Virus record (IMG/VR): IMGVR_UViG_3300046795_000031
Coordinates: 1-31,500 of that record
Reading direction: 5' to 3' (one strand)
DNA: 31,500 bases
Source of the DNA: a virus
Lineage: Duplodnaviria > Caudoviricetes
Of the stretch, positions 7,328 to 15,544 are shown one piece after another (within the stretch, counting starts at the first letter, position 1; every line of letters begins with the position of its first letter). Below the pieces are notes generated by a model. It had not been told where the DNA came from. It saw only the letters and a program-made list of their open reading frames with translations, and did no database searches. The translations under genes and the position numbers were made by a program.

Positions 7328-7918
7328 TTATATTGCCGCCTTTAAAATTGATCTAACCTTATTTAGCCGCGCCATTGCTTCCGGTGATCCGCCTTTGTCT
7401 GGATGAAGTTTCGTTGCGAGAACCTTGTATCCGATATCAATCAATTCATTGGCTAATTTCCGCAGCACCTGTTCCTCTTTTTCTTTGCTTTGTTTTTCCT
7501 GCATGAGCCGTTCGACGTTGACAGTATTTAACGTCTCGCGGATCGGTTCGTGCCACTCTGGTTGATGACGAGAATCGCGATGCGGATGAGTAAAGTCCGA
7601 CATTATGCGAAACGGTTGTTCTTGGCGCGCCGAGGTAAATTCCTCTGTTGTTTTAGCTAGATGCACATACGTTCCTACCAATCCTTCGCTAATTGGTCTG
7701 CCCGTTTCACGATGCGTGAATGTTCGTCCAATCCAGCTGTACCATTCCACCGTTTTATTGAACGCCGCTCGCGCTTCAATAAATAATGCTCCTGCTTGTC
7801 GCCTATATTCGATTCCCGCTTCGTGGGCATGATCCAGCGCGTCGTTGATTAGCGGCACAAGTACCTTGAGCGGCCTCGCCGGTACTTTGCTATTTTGTGT
7901 TGATAATGCTGTCGCCAT
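7328..7918 (-). CDS. Protein with a C-terminal J-domain-like segment
   Basis: GYKVLATKLHPDKGGSPEAMARLNKVRSILK contains the HPD motif of DnaJ domains. Confidence 0.7.
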   Translation of the reverse strand: MATALSTQNSKVPARPLKVLVPLINDALDHAHEAGIEYRRQAGALFIEARAAFNKTVEWYSWIGRTFTHRETGRPISEGLVGTYVHLAKTTEEFTSARQEQPFRIMSDFTHPHRDSRHQPEWHEPIRETLNTVNVERLMQEKQSKEKEEQVLRKLANELIDIGYKVLATKLHPDKGGSPEAMARLNKVRSILKAAI

Positions 7919-8124
7919 TATTTTTTTGACTCCTTTTTTCTTTTTCTGAATTCTTTAAGATATGCCTCAGGGGAAAATACTGAGGCGCCATCAGATCGCC
8001 ACAATCGCCCAGTTTCATTTAAAAATTCTTCAAGCTGTTTTTTTGATTTAAATGGACCTACGACAAGAGGATCGTGACCGTCCCCGAAATAAGGCAATTC
8101 ACCAGATCGTCCTAATAAATACAT
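7918..8124 (-). CDS. Hypothetical protein
   Basis: Start MYLLGRS at 8124 with GAGGGGG RBS. TAATG overlap downstream. Confidence 0.6.
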   Translation of the reverse strand: MYLLGRSGELPYFGDGHDPLVVGPFKSKKQLEEFLNETGRLWRSDGASVFSPEAYLKEFRKRKKESKK

Positions 8125-8144
8125 TTTAAATTCTTCCCCCTCTT

Positions 8145-8354
8145 CTATTTGCTCGCGAGTATCACCGGTTTTTCCACCACGGCCCAGATCAGCGCGGCGA
8201 TCCAGCCTAAAATCGTCCAGCCGAAAAGCATGTTGATAAAAAAGATCGCACCTTGATGTCCGGTCTTGCGCGTCGATGCGATGACGCAAGGCAGCAGATA
8301 AAAGACTACGATCAAAAACAAAATCGCAAACGTCAAAAACATATGTGCTTCCAT
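8145..8354 (-). CDS. Superinfection immunity protein (T4 Imm-like)
   Basis: YLLPCVIASTRK...AIFFINMLFGWTILGWIAALIWA signature. Start MEAHMF at 8354 with AAGGA RBS. Confidence 0.9.
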   Translation of the reverse strand: MEAHMFLTFAILFLIVVFYLLPCVIASTRKTGHQGAIFFINMLFGWTILGWIAALIWAVVEKPVILASK

Positions 8355-8370
8355 GTTATTTTCCTTCTTT

Positions 8371-8469
8371 CTATTCGCTCGGGCGGAAGTACAAGAGTGC
8401 AAGTGTACAAGGGTTGGACTCTTTTACTTTTGCACTTTTACACTCTTGTACTTCTTCGCTTTCGGTCAT
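8371..8469 (-). CDS. 32-aa micro-ORF encoded by repeat B2
   Basis: MTESEEVQECKSAKVKESNPCTLALLYFRPSE. Starts in an ATGA overlap with the upstream stop. Confidence 0.4.
   Translation of the reverse strand: MTESEEVQECKSAKVKESNPCTLALLYFRPSE
8386..8454. repeat. Family B inverted repeat, copy B2
   Basis: GAAGTAC AAGAGTGC AAGTGTAC AAGGGT-tgg-ACTCTTTT ACTTTTGC ACTTTTAC ACTCTTGT ACTTC. Confidence 0.95.
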
Positions 8470-8651
8470 CCGTTTCTCCAGTTAACCTCGCGCTTGTCCA
8501 ACCGGGCTTCGATCGTGGCGCTGACGCCCACGGCAATGAGCAGCAAGGCCGAGCGAACTGGTTCATAGGGGAGTTGCCCTAGACCAATCCCAAAAAGCAT
8601 TGCATTGATATTCTGCCAGTATTGATGGCGCCTTGAGCTAGTCCCAATCAT
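8466..8651 (-). CDS. Small membrane protein
   Basis: Two hydrophobic stretches. Start at 8651 or 8600. Confidence 0.5.
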   Translation of the reverse strand: MIGTSSRRHQYWQNINAMLFGIGLGQLPYEPVRSALLLIAVGVSATIEARLDKREVNWRNG

Positions 8652-9447
8652 TTTCGTACTCGCTTTCTGCGTAATCGAACGCGCTTGCTGCATCGCGCAG
8701 GACACTGACTGCGTAATCCAATAACGCTGGATCGTCCAACCCTTCCTGCTCCACTAGAGCAGCCGTATTCCACAGGTGATCTCCAAGAGCGCCGTGGTAA
8801 TACCCGAACATATAAAAACCCCATGCCACGTTTTCTTTGTGGCGGTCGGCGTACCAGTCGGGACACTCCAAGCCCATCTGCTTGCAGGACGTGAATCTGT
8901 CGGCCTCGTTCGTGATGTAATCCGTGTAATAGGAGACGCCCTGCGCGAGTTCTACCAACTGGTCATTCCACCACCAGCCGGTGTACTGCATACCCACGCT
9001 ATCCGCGCTCGGCCAATCACCGCCTTGGTAAAACTCCAGGAAGTCCCACCGGAATGGGTCTTTTCTTACGGCGCTCGATCTCTCCCCATAAACCGCCAGC
9101 GCGAGCGTAACAGGCCCTGTAAGTTGTTTTAGCGCCGTCCCGCCGCCAGGAACGAAGGCCAGGGCTGTGCTGATAGCGGCCATATCAACGACTCGCCTCT
9201 TAACGTAGTCCTCGACGTATGCCGCCACGTCTTTTTTCCTTTGCTTGGTCGCAGCACATCTCCAGGGTTCCCACCAAGGGCAGCAGGGATTGAATATACT
9301 GAACCGGCAATCAGCACAGGGAATGCCGTGAAACTCGTCACATGACTGTGCAATGGCCGGAGTTACGACCGTCACCACATTGAAGACCGGCACATCAAAC
9401 AAACTCGCGCCGAACATAAAAACCATCAATAATAAAATCCGTTTCAT
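8638..9447 (-). CDS. Exported Cys/Trp-rich hypothetical protein
   Basis: Start MKRILLLMVFMFGA with GAGGGAGG RBS, AIA-Q cleavage-like site and a Cys cluster. Confidence 0.75.
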   Translation of the reverse strand: MKRILLLMVFMFGASLFDVPVFNVVTVVTPAIAQSCDEFHGIPCADCRFSIFNPCCPWWEPWRCAATKQRKKDVAAYVEDYVKRRVVDMAAISTALAFVPGGGTALKQLTGPVTLALAVYGERSSAVRKDPFRWDFLEFYQGGDWPSADSVGMQYTGWWWNDQLVELAQGVSYYTDYITNEADRFTSCKQMGLECPDWYADRHKENVAWGFYMFGYYHGALGDHLWNTAALVEQEGLDDPALLDYAVSVLRDAASAFDYAESEYENDWD

Positions 9448-9540
9448 TCGGAGACCTCCCTCTTGACGTTGGAGGCCCGTTTTTGGCAAACTTGATTTGC
9501 GTTTATCTAGCTCGCCTCACACGGGCCGGGTTGATATTTA

Positions 9541-9570
9541 GAGGGGCTGAAGTTCCAGCTTCAGCCCCTC
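9541..9570. other. Perfect 12-bp hairpin at a gene end
   Basis: GAGGGGCTGAAG-ttccag-CTTCAGCCCCTC. Contains the TGA stop of 9561..9938. No U-tract. Confidence 0.7.
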
Positions 9571-9938
9571 GCGCTTGCGATCTTATCTAGACAATCAAAA
9601 CAAAAGGATTCTTCTGGTTTTGTGCAGTGCGTAATCTGCGGACAATACCGCCGAGCGCCGCAGCGCGGGCAAAGGTGACTGTGATTGCCTGGGTGTGATA
9701 TCTTGGCGTTTTGTATATCGGCAAGCTTTTTATAAAAGTCATCGCCTCTTTTCATTTTTTCCCCTCCTTTCATCGCTTGTTCCCTGTCTAACTGTTCCAC
9801 CGTGTATAAAATCATCTGATCTAAATCCCGCTCGGCTATACAGTCCTCGCAATAGGGCAAGCCCCGGCATTTTCCGGCTTTATGCGCGGCCCGTTCGTCT
9901 TCGTGGTCGTCGTTCATATTCTGCCTGCAATGTTCCAC
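9561..9938 (-). CDS. Hypothetical Cys-rich zinc-binding protein (possible internal start)
   Basis: CEDC, CPRC and CFDC motifs. Internal RBS before MKRGDD. Confidence 0.6.
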   Translation of the reverse strand: MEHCRQNMNDDHEDERAAHKAGKCRGLPYCEDCIAERDLDQMILYTVEQLDREQAMKGGEKMKRGDDFYKKLADIQNAKISHPGNHSHLCPRCGARRYCPQITHCTKPEESFCFDCLDKIASARG

Positions 9939-10105
9939 CCGTTCGGTACTTTGCGCTGCTCGGCGGGGATGTAGTGCGCGCCTTCATTAGAGAATGCGAA
10001 ACTTTCCCAGAGCCATTTTTCGAATCTTAGATTTTTAAACCCCGGCCCGGTCTTCCGCGCATTGCCCAAGGCCAGTAAAAATTCCCGGTGCGTGATCTTC
10101 GTCAT
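9914..10105 (-). CDS. Hypothetical protein
   Basis: ATGA overlap with the upstream gene. Confidence 0.55.
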   Translation of the reverse strand: MTKITHREFLLALGNARKTGPGFKNLRFEKWLWESFAFSNEGAHYIPAEQRKVPNGWNIAGRI

Positions 10106-10257
10106 CTTGCGAGCGCTCCGATGTCGCGTACGGGCGATTCATGAATCGCCCCTACGTTGTCGTCCGCGCTCGTCACCCAGCCGGCAAAGCCTATGAGGGC
10201 GACGAATACGAGCACGATCAAAACCGCCATCAACTGATCCAGGATTTCGTCGATCAT
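10102..10257 (-). CDS. Small TM protein containing an in-frame family A repeat
   Basis: MIDEILDQLMAVLIVLVFVALIGFAGW...VGAIHESPVRD. ATGA overlaps at both ends. Confidence 0.6.
   Translation of the reverse strand: MIDEILDQLMAVLIVLVFVALIGFAGWVTSADDNVGAIHESPVRDIGALAR
10128..10155. repeat. Family A REP-like palindrome, copy A1 (in-frame VGAIHESPV)
   Basis: GTAC-GGGCGATTCATGAATCGCCC-CTAC. Confidence 0.95.
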
Positions 10258-10439
10258 GCCGCCCCCCTGCCCTCTTCTTCTTTGAGACTTTTCTTGCCTC
10301 GGCGAATTAGCGCCATGTTCTTGTTGTTGTGCGCCGTCCAAGCACACTTGGGCGTGTGATATTTTTGCCAATACGGGTTGGGCGTAAACTCTTTGCCACA
10401 ACTCCTAAGCGCGCATTTTTTCGTTTTGACTTTGGGCAT
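10254..10439 (-). CDS. Small zinc-finger-like protein, first gene of the leftward operon
   Basis: CALRSCGKEFTPNPYWQKYHTPKC. TAAGGAG RBS. Confidence 0.7.
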   Translation of the reverse strand: MPKVKTKKCALRSCGKEFTPNPYWQKYHTPKCAWTAHNNKNMALIRRGKKSLKEEEGRGAA

Positions 10440-10504
10440 CGTTGTGCTACTCCTTATTTAGTATTTTGTGCCTGTTATCATGTTTAGGTACTAGGCCATA
10501 TGCG

Positions 10505-10533
10505 ATATTACATAAGCTATAATTTACAGTCAA
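10505..10533 (-). promoter_or_regulatory. Sigma70-type leftward early promoter
   Basis: TTGACT-17 nt-TAATAT on the minus strand in the AT-rich divergent gap. An opposing TATAAT at 10518-10523 on plus could serve the repressor gene. Confidence 0.6.
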
Positions 10534-10554
10534 GAGAAAAAATAAAAAAACTTT

Positions 10555-10866
10555 ATGCCGCCGAGATTGCGTGAGGTAGTCGATAAGGTGCTGGACGCGG
10601 GTAATATGACTCAAGCCGAGTTGGCGCTGAAACTCTATGGCAGCGAGAAAAAACAATCAACGCTGAGCATTATGCTAAGCGCCGCCGATGATAGTGACTG
10701 GGAGAAGCACTGGCAGGCGTGTGCGCGACTCTTGCCGCTCGCTATCGCGCTGGGGGTTTTAACGGAAAGGGATTTGCTCGACCTCAAACAACAACATGGA
10801 GCGAAACACGTTGGACCAAAAAAGAATAATGACGGTGCTAAGACGGGCCGGTCTACGATTAGTTAA
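10555..10866 (+). CDS. XRE-family HTH repressor (CI-like)
   Basis: LDAGNMTQAELALKLYGSEKKQSTLSIMLS helix-turn-helix. Divergent from the early operon. No S24 peptidase domain. Confidence 0.7.
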   Translation: MPPRLREVVDKVLDAGNMTQAELALKLYGSEKKQSTLSIMLSAADDSDWEKHWQACARLLPLAIALGVLTERDLLDLKQQHGAKHVGPKKNNDGAKTGRSTIS

Positions 10867-10891
10867 ACCAAATAATCAAAGTTTACCGATT

Positions 10892-11401
10892 ATGAAACGC
10901 AGGATTGCTAAGTCTGCGGATTCCCTTGTCTCATCGGTTGACCAAACTATATCTTATCAGACGTTGCCAAGTCCTGAAGAACTCGGCAGAAACGCCCAAA
11001 CCCAGCCGGGGCTCGACATTATCGGACGTAAACCCGGCCCGCGCATTGCGTCGTCTGACGAGCCCATGCCCGTCGATCTCATCAGCAATGCCGGCGCCCT
11101 TGTTGTCCCCGATGAGCGTACGATCCCGAACGAATATGAGTTCGAAATCTTGCGGCTACGTCGCCGCGTCGATTCCCTGGAAGACGCTATCAGGGAAAAA
11201 AACGAGCGCAACGTCCACGCGATCGCTATGCTTGAGGACGAGTTGCAGATGTGGCGCAGTTTTATGCACGAGCACGTCGCCGAGACCCACGACGGGATTC
11301 GGCGGCGCGTCTTGCGCATCGAGTCGACTTTAATGACGTTGAAAGAATCGGGCAGCTCTGACCTAAGCGGGGTGAAAGAGTACAAGAGTACAAAAGTATA
11401 A
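10892..11401 (+). CDS. Hypothetical coiled-coil protein
   Basis: Start at 10892 or 10796. C-terminus VKEYKSTKV* is encoded by repeat B3. Confidence 0.65.
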   Translation: MKRRIAKSADSLVSSVDQTISYQTLPSPEELGRNAQTQPGLDIIGRKPGPRIASSDEPMPVDLISNAGALVVPDERTIPNEYEFEILRLRRRVDSLEDAIREKNERNVHAIAMLEDELQMWRSFMHEHVAETHDGIRRRVLRIESTLMTLKESGSSDLSGVKEYKSTKV

Positions 11402-11444
11402 AAGTTCGAGGCTCTTTTACCCTTTTACTCTTGTACTCTTTTAC
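11375..11444. repeat. Family B inverted repeat, copy B3, between convergent genes
   Basis: AAGAGTAC AAGAGTAC AAAAGTAT AAAAGT-tcgagg-CTCTTTT ACCCTTTT ACTCTTGT ACTCTTTT AC. Contains both TAA stops. Confidence 0.95.
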
Positions 11445-11746
11445 AAATTCCGAAGGACCGGAAAAGTCGCGATCTCGGTGCGTAGATCCGAGGTCGTGAA
11501 AGTCAGCTCGGCCTGCACCTCGAAAACGCCATAAGGTACCAGATCGCCGGCTACGGTCGTGACGACGAGCTTACCGTCGCTCCCCGGCGGGTTGGAAAAG
11601 TTAGCGGTCTTTTCCAAGCGCACGCCGTTCGGCTTTTTGAACAGCAATTTTTTGACTGTCGCGGCGGATATGTTCCTGGCGCTGCCGTCGCTATTGAGCA
11701 CGCCGTATTCGATCGGTACCCCTATCGCATTCTCTTGAATTGCCAT
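11441..11746 (-). CDS. Small beta-rich structural protein (BppU N-terminal-like)
   Basis: FKKPNG...DGKLVVTTVAGDL..YGVFEVQAELTF pattern. AGGAG RBS. Confidence 0.6.
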   Translation of the reverse strand: MAIQENAIGVPIEYGVLNSDGSARNISAATVKKLLFKKPNGVRLEKTANFSNPPGSDGKLVVTTVAGDLVPYGVFEVQAELTFTTSDLRTEIATFPVLRNL

Positions 11747-11756
11747 CGTTCTTCTC

Positions 11757-11784
11757 CTAGGGGCGATTCATGAATCGCCCCTAC
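11757..11784. repeat. Family A palindrome, copy A2 (supplies a TAG stop and abuts the next RBS)
   Basis: CTAG-GGGCGATTCATGAATCGCCC-CTAC. Confidence 0.95.
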
Positions 11785-13208
11785 CTATCTCCAATCTTGC
11801 CCGTTAGATCGGCTTTATCCGCCGTCTTGCCGGTGACGCTGATTTGCTGCGCGACCGCACCGGTGGCGTTAACTTGATCCGTAATCACTTTGCCTGTCAA
11901 GCTGATTTGATCGACGGCTTTGCCCGAGAGTTCGAGAGTATCGAATAACGGCGGCGTAACGCTGCCGACTGCGCCCGTCCCGCTAACCCCGGTCAATGCG
12001 GCAATGGTATCGCCTGACGGTGGTAAAATGATGCCGGCCGCGCCCGTCCCGGCATTGCCGGATAACGCGACCGTGATTGTCTTGCCGACCGTACCGACTG
12101 CACCCGCGGCGCTGATTCCGGTCAATGCTCGGGTATAAACCGCCGACGCGCTAACGGTGCCCACTTGGCCGGTTGCGCTAACCCCGGTCAATGCTCGGGA
12201 GTAGGATGTCGAGACGCCAACGGTGCCGACTTGGCCGGTGGCTTCATTGCCCGTCAATGCGCGGGAGAATGATGTCGAAATGCCGACCGTGCCGACCTGG
12301 CCGGTGGCTTCATTGCCCGTCAACGCGCGTACCGTATCGCCTAACGGTGTAACCGTGCCGGCCGCACCGGTCCCGGTATTGCCGGAAAGCGCGACCGTGA
12401 TTGTCTTGCCGACCGTGCCGACTTGGCCCGTTGCAAGATTGCCCGATAACGCAAAGCTTGGTGACGCCGTGACGGTCCCGACTTGGCCGGTTGCGGCAAC
12501 TCCCGTGGTGAGCGCAACTACGTTGCTAGGCGCTAGGCTGCCGACTTGGCCCGTCCCGGCGTTGGTAGTAATGGCCCGGCTTATCGATGGCGCCAAGGTG
12601 CCGATCGCGCCCGTCGCCAGATTGCCCGTTATGGCAGGACTATTATTGGCTATAACCGAGCCGGGCGAGCCGGTGGCAAGGTTGCCTGTCAGCGCCGCGC
12701 TCTGCCCGCTCGATGGTATAAGCGTCCCGACTGCGCCCGTTGCCTGATTGCCGGATAACGCCAGCGCGGTCGATGGCGAAAGAGTACCGGGCGAGCCGGT
12801 GGCTAGGTTGCCGGTCAGCGCCGCGGTCTGCCCGCTCGATGGTATAAGCGTCCCGACTGCGCCGGTTGCCTGATTGCCGGATAACGCCAGCGTGGTAAAT
12901 GGCGAAAGAGTACCGGGCGAGCCGGTGGCAAGATTGCCTATCAGCGCCTTTGTAGTTGACGGTGATAGATTCCCGACCGAGCCTGTGGCTAGGTTGGTGG
13001 TTAATGCAAGAGATAGAGAAGGAGTTACGGTCCCGACCGAGCCGGTCCCTACATTGGTAGAGATAGCCCGGTCTGTGCTCGGTGAAAGCGTCCCGACCGA
13101 GCCGGTCCCGGCGACTCCGGTCAGCGCGACCGTGACCGTAACCGCCGCCGCGCCGACTAGTTTTCTGATTGAAGCGTTAAACGGAAAGGATCGGCCGAAA
13201 CGAGCCAA
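11781..13208 (-). CDS. Gly/Thr/Ala/Val-rich repeat protein, probable fibre or virion structural protein
   Basis: About 19 repeats of AL(T/S)GN.ATG.VG(T/S)(V/L) with a 20-22 aa period. Confidence 0.8.
   Translation of the reverse strand: MARFGRSFPFNASIRKLVGAAAVTVTVALTGVAGTGSVGTLSPSTDRAISTNVGTGSVGTVTPSLSLALTTNLATGSVGNLSPSTTKALIGNLATGSPGTLSPFTTLALSGNQATGAVGTLIPSSGQTAALTGNLATGSPGTLSPSTALALSGNQATGAVGTLIPSSGQSAALTGNLATGSPGSVIANNSPAITGNLATGAIGTLAPSISRAITTNAGTGQVGSLAPSNVVALTTGVAATGQVGTVTASPSFALSGNLATGQVGTVGKTITVALSGNTGTGAAGTVTPLGDTVRALTGNEATGQVGTVGISTSFSRALTGNEATGQVGTVGVSTSYSRALTGVSATGQVGTVSASAVYTRALTGISAAGAVGTVGKTITVALSGNAGTGAAGIILPPSGDTIAALTGVSGTGAVGSVTPPLFDTLELSGKAVDQISLTGKVITDQVNATGAVAQQISVTGKTADKADLTGKIGDR
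12661..12940. repeat. 126-bp tandem duplication inside the repeat protein gene
   Basis: CCGGGCGAGCCGGTGGC recurs at 12661, 12787 and 12913 with near-identical intervening sequence. Confidence 0.85.
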
Positions 13209-13235
13209 TTTAAAACCTCAAATGGCAGCGAGCGA

Positions 13236-13715
13236 TTACGCGATTCTGATTAATCCCGTTGAAGAATCGTTCGTAGGCATGGTGAGGGTGAACGTCCCTG
13301 CCGTAACGCTCTGGCTGCTGAATGTATGAACGGACACGGCCAGCTCCACGGCGCCGCTTGTCGACTTGTTGTTGATAATCAAAAGCGCATCGAAGGCCGC
13401 ACTCGATGTCAACGCCGCCCATGATAGCGAAGCCGAAGGCGTCCAGAATGCCGTCGTGCCGGTCGAACTAGGCGCGTTAGCGTTGGTGATAAGCGCGCCC
13501 TTGGCCGTATAGTTGCCCGTGGCGGCGAGCTCGCCCGACGAGGTGTACACTGTCGTCGCTTCGCTTAGAGTCGCGGTGGTAGTGTAGAGCGCGCCGTTGA
13601 ACGTGTCCTTGGTCGTGACCGTCCGCACGCTGTTGACCGCCTGCGTGCCGAAAGCATGAGAGCCGTTGAGAAGTTGCACCTTAAAGCTCGTGCACATAGC
13701 CTGGGTGTTTGCCAT
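13236..13715 (-). CDS. Putative phage structural protein
   Basis: MANTQAMCTSFK..LL....F...ALYT...YT.SGE...NYTA.G...GTFTLTMP...GLIRIA. Ala/Thr-rich, with AAGGAG RBS. Confidence 0.75.
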   Translation of the reverse strand: MANTQAMCTSFKVQLLNGSHAFGTQAVNSVRTVTTKDTFNGALYTTTATLSEATTVYTSSGELAATGNYTAKGALITNANAPSSTGTTAFWTPSASLSWAALTSSAAFDALLIINNKSTSGAVELAVSVHTFSSQSVTAGTFTLTMPTNDSSTGLIRIA

Positions 13716-13730
13716 AAAAATTATCTCCTT

Positions 13731-13949
13731 TTAGATTTTTTGCGTTTCGCCGAATCCCCAAACCATCGGGGTCTTTAAATGCATGTCAACGGATCGATGG
13801 ACGACTCGACCGGTAGGATTGCTCCGGAGTCGATATTCGACCCAAGTCGTGCGCTCGACTTCGTTGTCGATCTTGCCGGTCGTCTTGATTAGATCGGACT
13901 CGTCCATATAGGTGAGCAGGCCGTCTTCTTCGAGTTGGACTAAAATCAT
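13731..13949 (-). CDS. Hypothetical protein
   Basis: 72-aa ORF starting just after repeat A3. Confidence 0.7.
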   Translation of the reverse strand: MILVQLEEDGLLTYMDESDLIKTTGKIDNEVERTTWVEYRLRSNPTGRVVHRSVDMHLKTPMVWGFGETQKI

Positions 13950-13954
13950 TTTGT

Positions 13955-13983
13955 GTACGGGCGATTCATGAATCGCCCCCTAC
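13955..13983. repeat. Family A palindrome, copy A3 (intergenic)
   Basis: GTAC-GGGCGATTCATGAATCGCCC-CCTAC, directly after the TAG of 13984..14454. Confidence 0.95.
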
Positions 13984-14454
13984 CTATTCTTCCCATTCGA
14001 GATAGGCCTCGCAGGTCGGTGTACCCGTATCCACCTTGAGCCGGATCCCGATCGCCTTATGATTCGTCGATCCCGATAGCAACGTTTTTGGTTCGCGCCC
14101 TAGCGGAAACTGGATCACCAAAGGCCCAGGGCACGGAAACCACCACGATTTAAGTACCGTCAAAACGGTCGGCTCGGCTGAGTATTCGCGCCCATAGGTG
14201 CAGGCCGGTGTGCCGTCGGTGCCTGCCGCATAACCGCCGAGCTGTTTGGCGCCGGTCGAGGAACCTACCGTGCCCGCCGTCGCCTGCGTCGATTCGAATA
14301 ACTCGACAAGACAGCGGCCTGTACCCTGATCGACCGATGCGCCGATCTCGACAATGGTAGCGTTCGCCGTCGCGCTGGCAATTACGTTGCACGCCGTCTT
14401 GGCCGTAGTCGCCAACGCGAAAGCATCGGCTATAATCGTAAATCGTGCATCCAT
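13984..14454 (-). CDS. Hypothetical beta-rich virion protein
   Basis: 156 aa ending YLEWEE. TGATG coupling. Confidence 0.75.
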   Translation of the reverse strand: MDARFTIIADAFALATTAKTACNVIASATANATIVEIGASVDQGTGRCLVELFESTQATAGTVGSSTGAKQLGGYAAGTDGTPACTYGREYSAEPTVLTVLKSWWFPCPGPLVIQFPLGREPKTLLSGSTNHKAIGIRLKVDTGTPTCEAYLEWEE

Positions 14455-15179
14455 CAGAAGTACCCCGCTCTCTTTATCGCCTGTAAATTGATCCTAGACC
14501 CCGCCGCATTGGCCGCCGCCCCTGCCGCCGCCTTGAACGTCATCATTGCAATGATCGCATTATCGCCGGATATGCCGGTGCCGGTAAACGTCGCGGCGAT
14601 CGAGCCGCCTGTCGTTTGGATCTGGTTTTCGCTTTCCAGAGGAGCGGCATCCGAAGCGCCGTCAAAACTCTCTCGCCCTGTATAGCCCGATCCCACGGCA
14701 ATCGTCTTGCCTACGCCCACGTTACAGACATGCACCGCGCCGAAAATATACTCCCCGTTGGCCGTCGTGGTCTTAGCCGTCGATGTCATCGCGTTGGCCC
14801 CGGTGCCGGGGTTGGTCTGCGTGTTGATGAAATGCTGGTCGAGCGGCACCGATAAGTCCGCCCCGCTGATCTCATGGACGACTAAAGAACGGTAGCCGAC
14901 CGATGCGCCCAAGGTGACGGTAATCGTATCGGCCCCCGCAGCAATGTTTTTAGCATACCAAGTCTTGCAAACATCGCCGCTGAAATTGAGCGTGTTATCG
15001 ACCGGCGTGAACGTATTGCCGCGCGTATCGGCGCATGAAGTAAATGTCACATCTGCTGCGATACAATACACCGCCAAAAGATTTCCAACTGCCACGCTGC
15101 TGGTCATGGTCACGGCCACGGTCGTGCTGGTCGTGCCGGTCGTGCTGGTCGACTTCGATTGAACGTGAGCGACCGCCAT
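14454..15179 (-). CDS. Thr/Ala/Gly-rich adhesin-like or virion protein
   Basis: VAVGNLLAV...DTRGNTFT...WYAKN...TITVT...EISG beta-sandwich-like pattern. Confidence 0.7.
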   Translation of the reverse strand: MAVAHVQSKSTSTTGTTSTTVAVTMTSSVAVGNLLAVYCIAADVTFTSCADTRGNTFTPVDNTLNFSGDVCKTWYAKNIAAGADTITVTLGASVGYRSLVVHEISGADLSVPLDQHFINTQTNPGTGANAMTSTAKTTTANGEYIFGAVHVCNVGVGKTIAVGSGYTGRESFDGASDAAPLESENQIQTTGGSIAATFTGTGISGDNAIIAMMTFKAAAGAAANAAGSRINLQAIKRAGYF

Positions 15180-15491
15180 TTATCTGAACTTGGAAAATGC
15201 CTGCGCCATTGCCGATTTGGTGCCGGTCGTGCTGGCATCGGTGTTGTAATGCGCAACCAGCGAATTGAGCTCGGTATATGCCTGATGCGATAGCGCATCG
15301 TTGGCATAGCCGAACTGCGCCGTCATATAGGTATAATGCGCATCCTGCGTGCCGTCGCCGTTGAGCATCAGCGCCATCGCCGAGAGCAGATCTATCAAGC
15401 CGTCCGTGCTCGCCTCAAAATTCAGCATATAGGACTTGAGCAAGCGCCCGTAATTCGTCGTTTCGTTGCATCCGATATGTGTGACAGCCAT
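15180..15491 (-). CDS. Hypothetical protein
   Basis: 103 aa with GAGGTG RBS. Confidence 0.75.
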   Translation of the reverse strand: MAVTHIGCNETTNYGRLLKSYMLNFEASTDGLIDLLSAMALMLNGDGTQDAHYTYMTAQFGYANDALSHQAYTELNSLVAHYNTDASTTGTKSAMAQAFSKFR

Positions 15492-15544
15492 TTTAAATCA
15501 CCTCTTTCCGTTGCTTTTATTTTCGTCTTTCATAAAAATCTCCT

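Noticed and set aside
12223-13329. Plus-strand Pro/Val-rich ORFs
   Set aside because: Antisense reading of the repeat protein codons.
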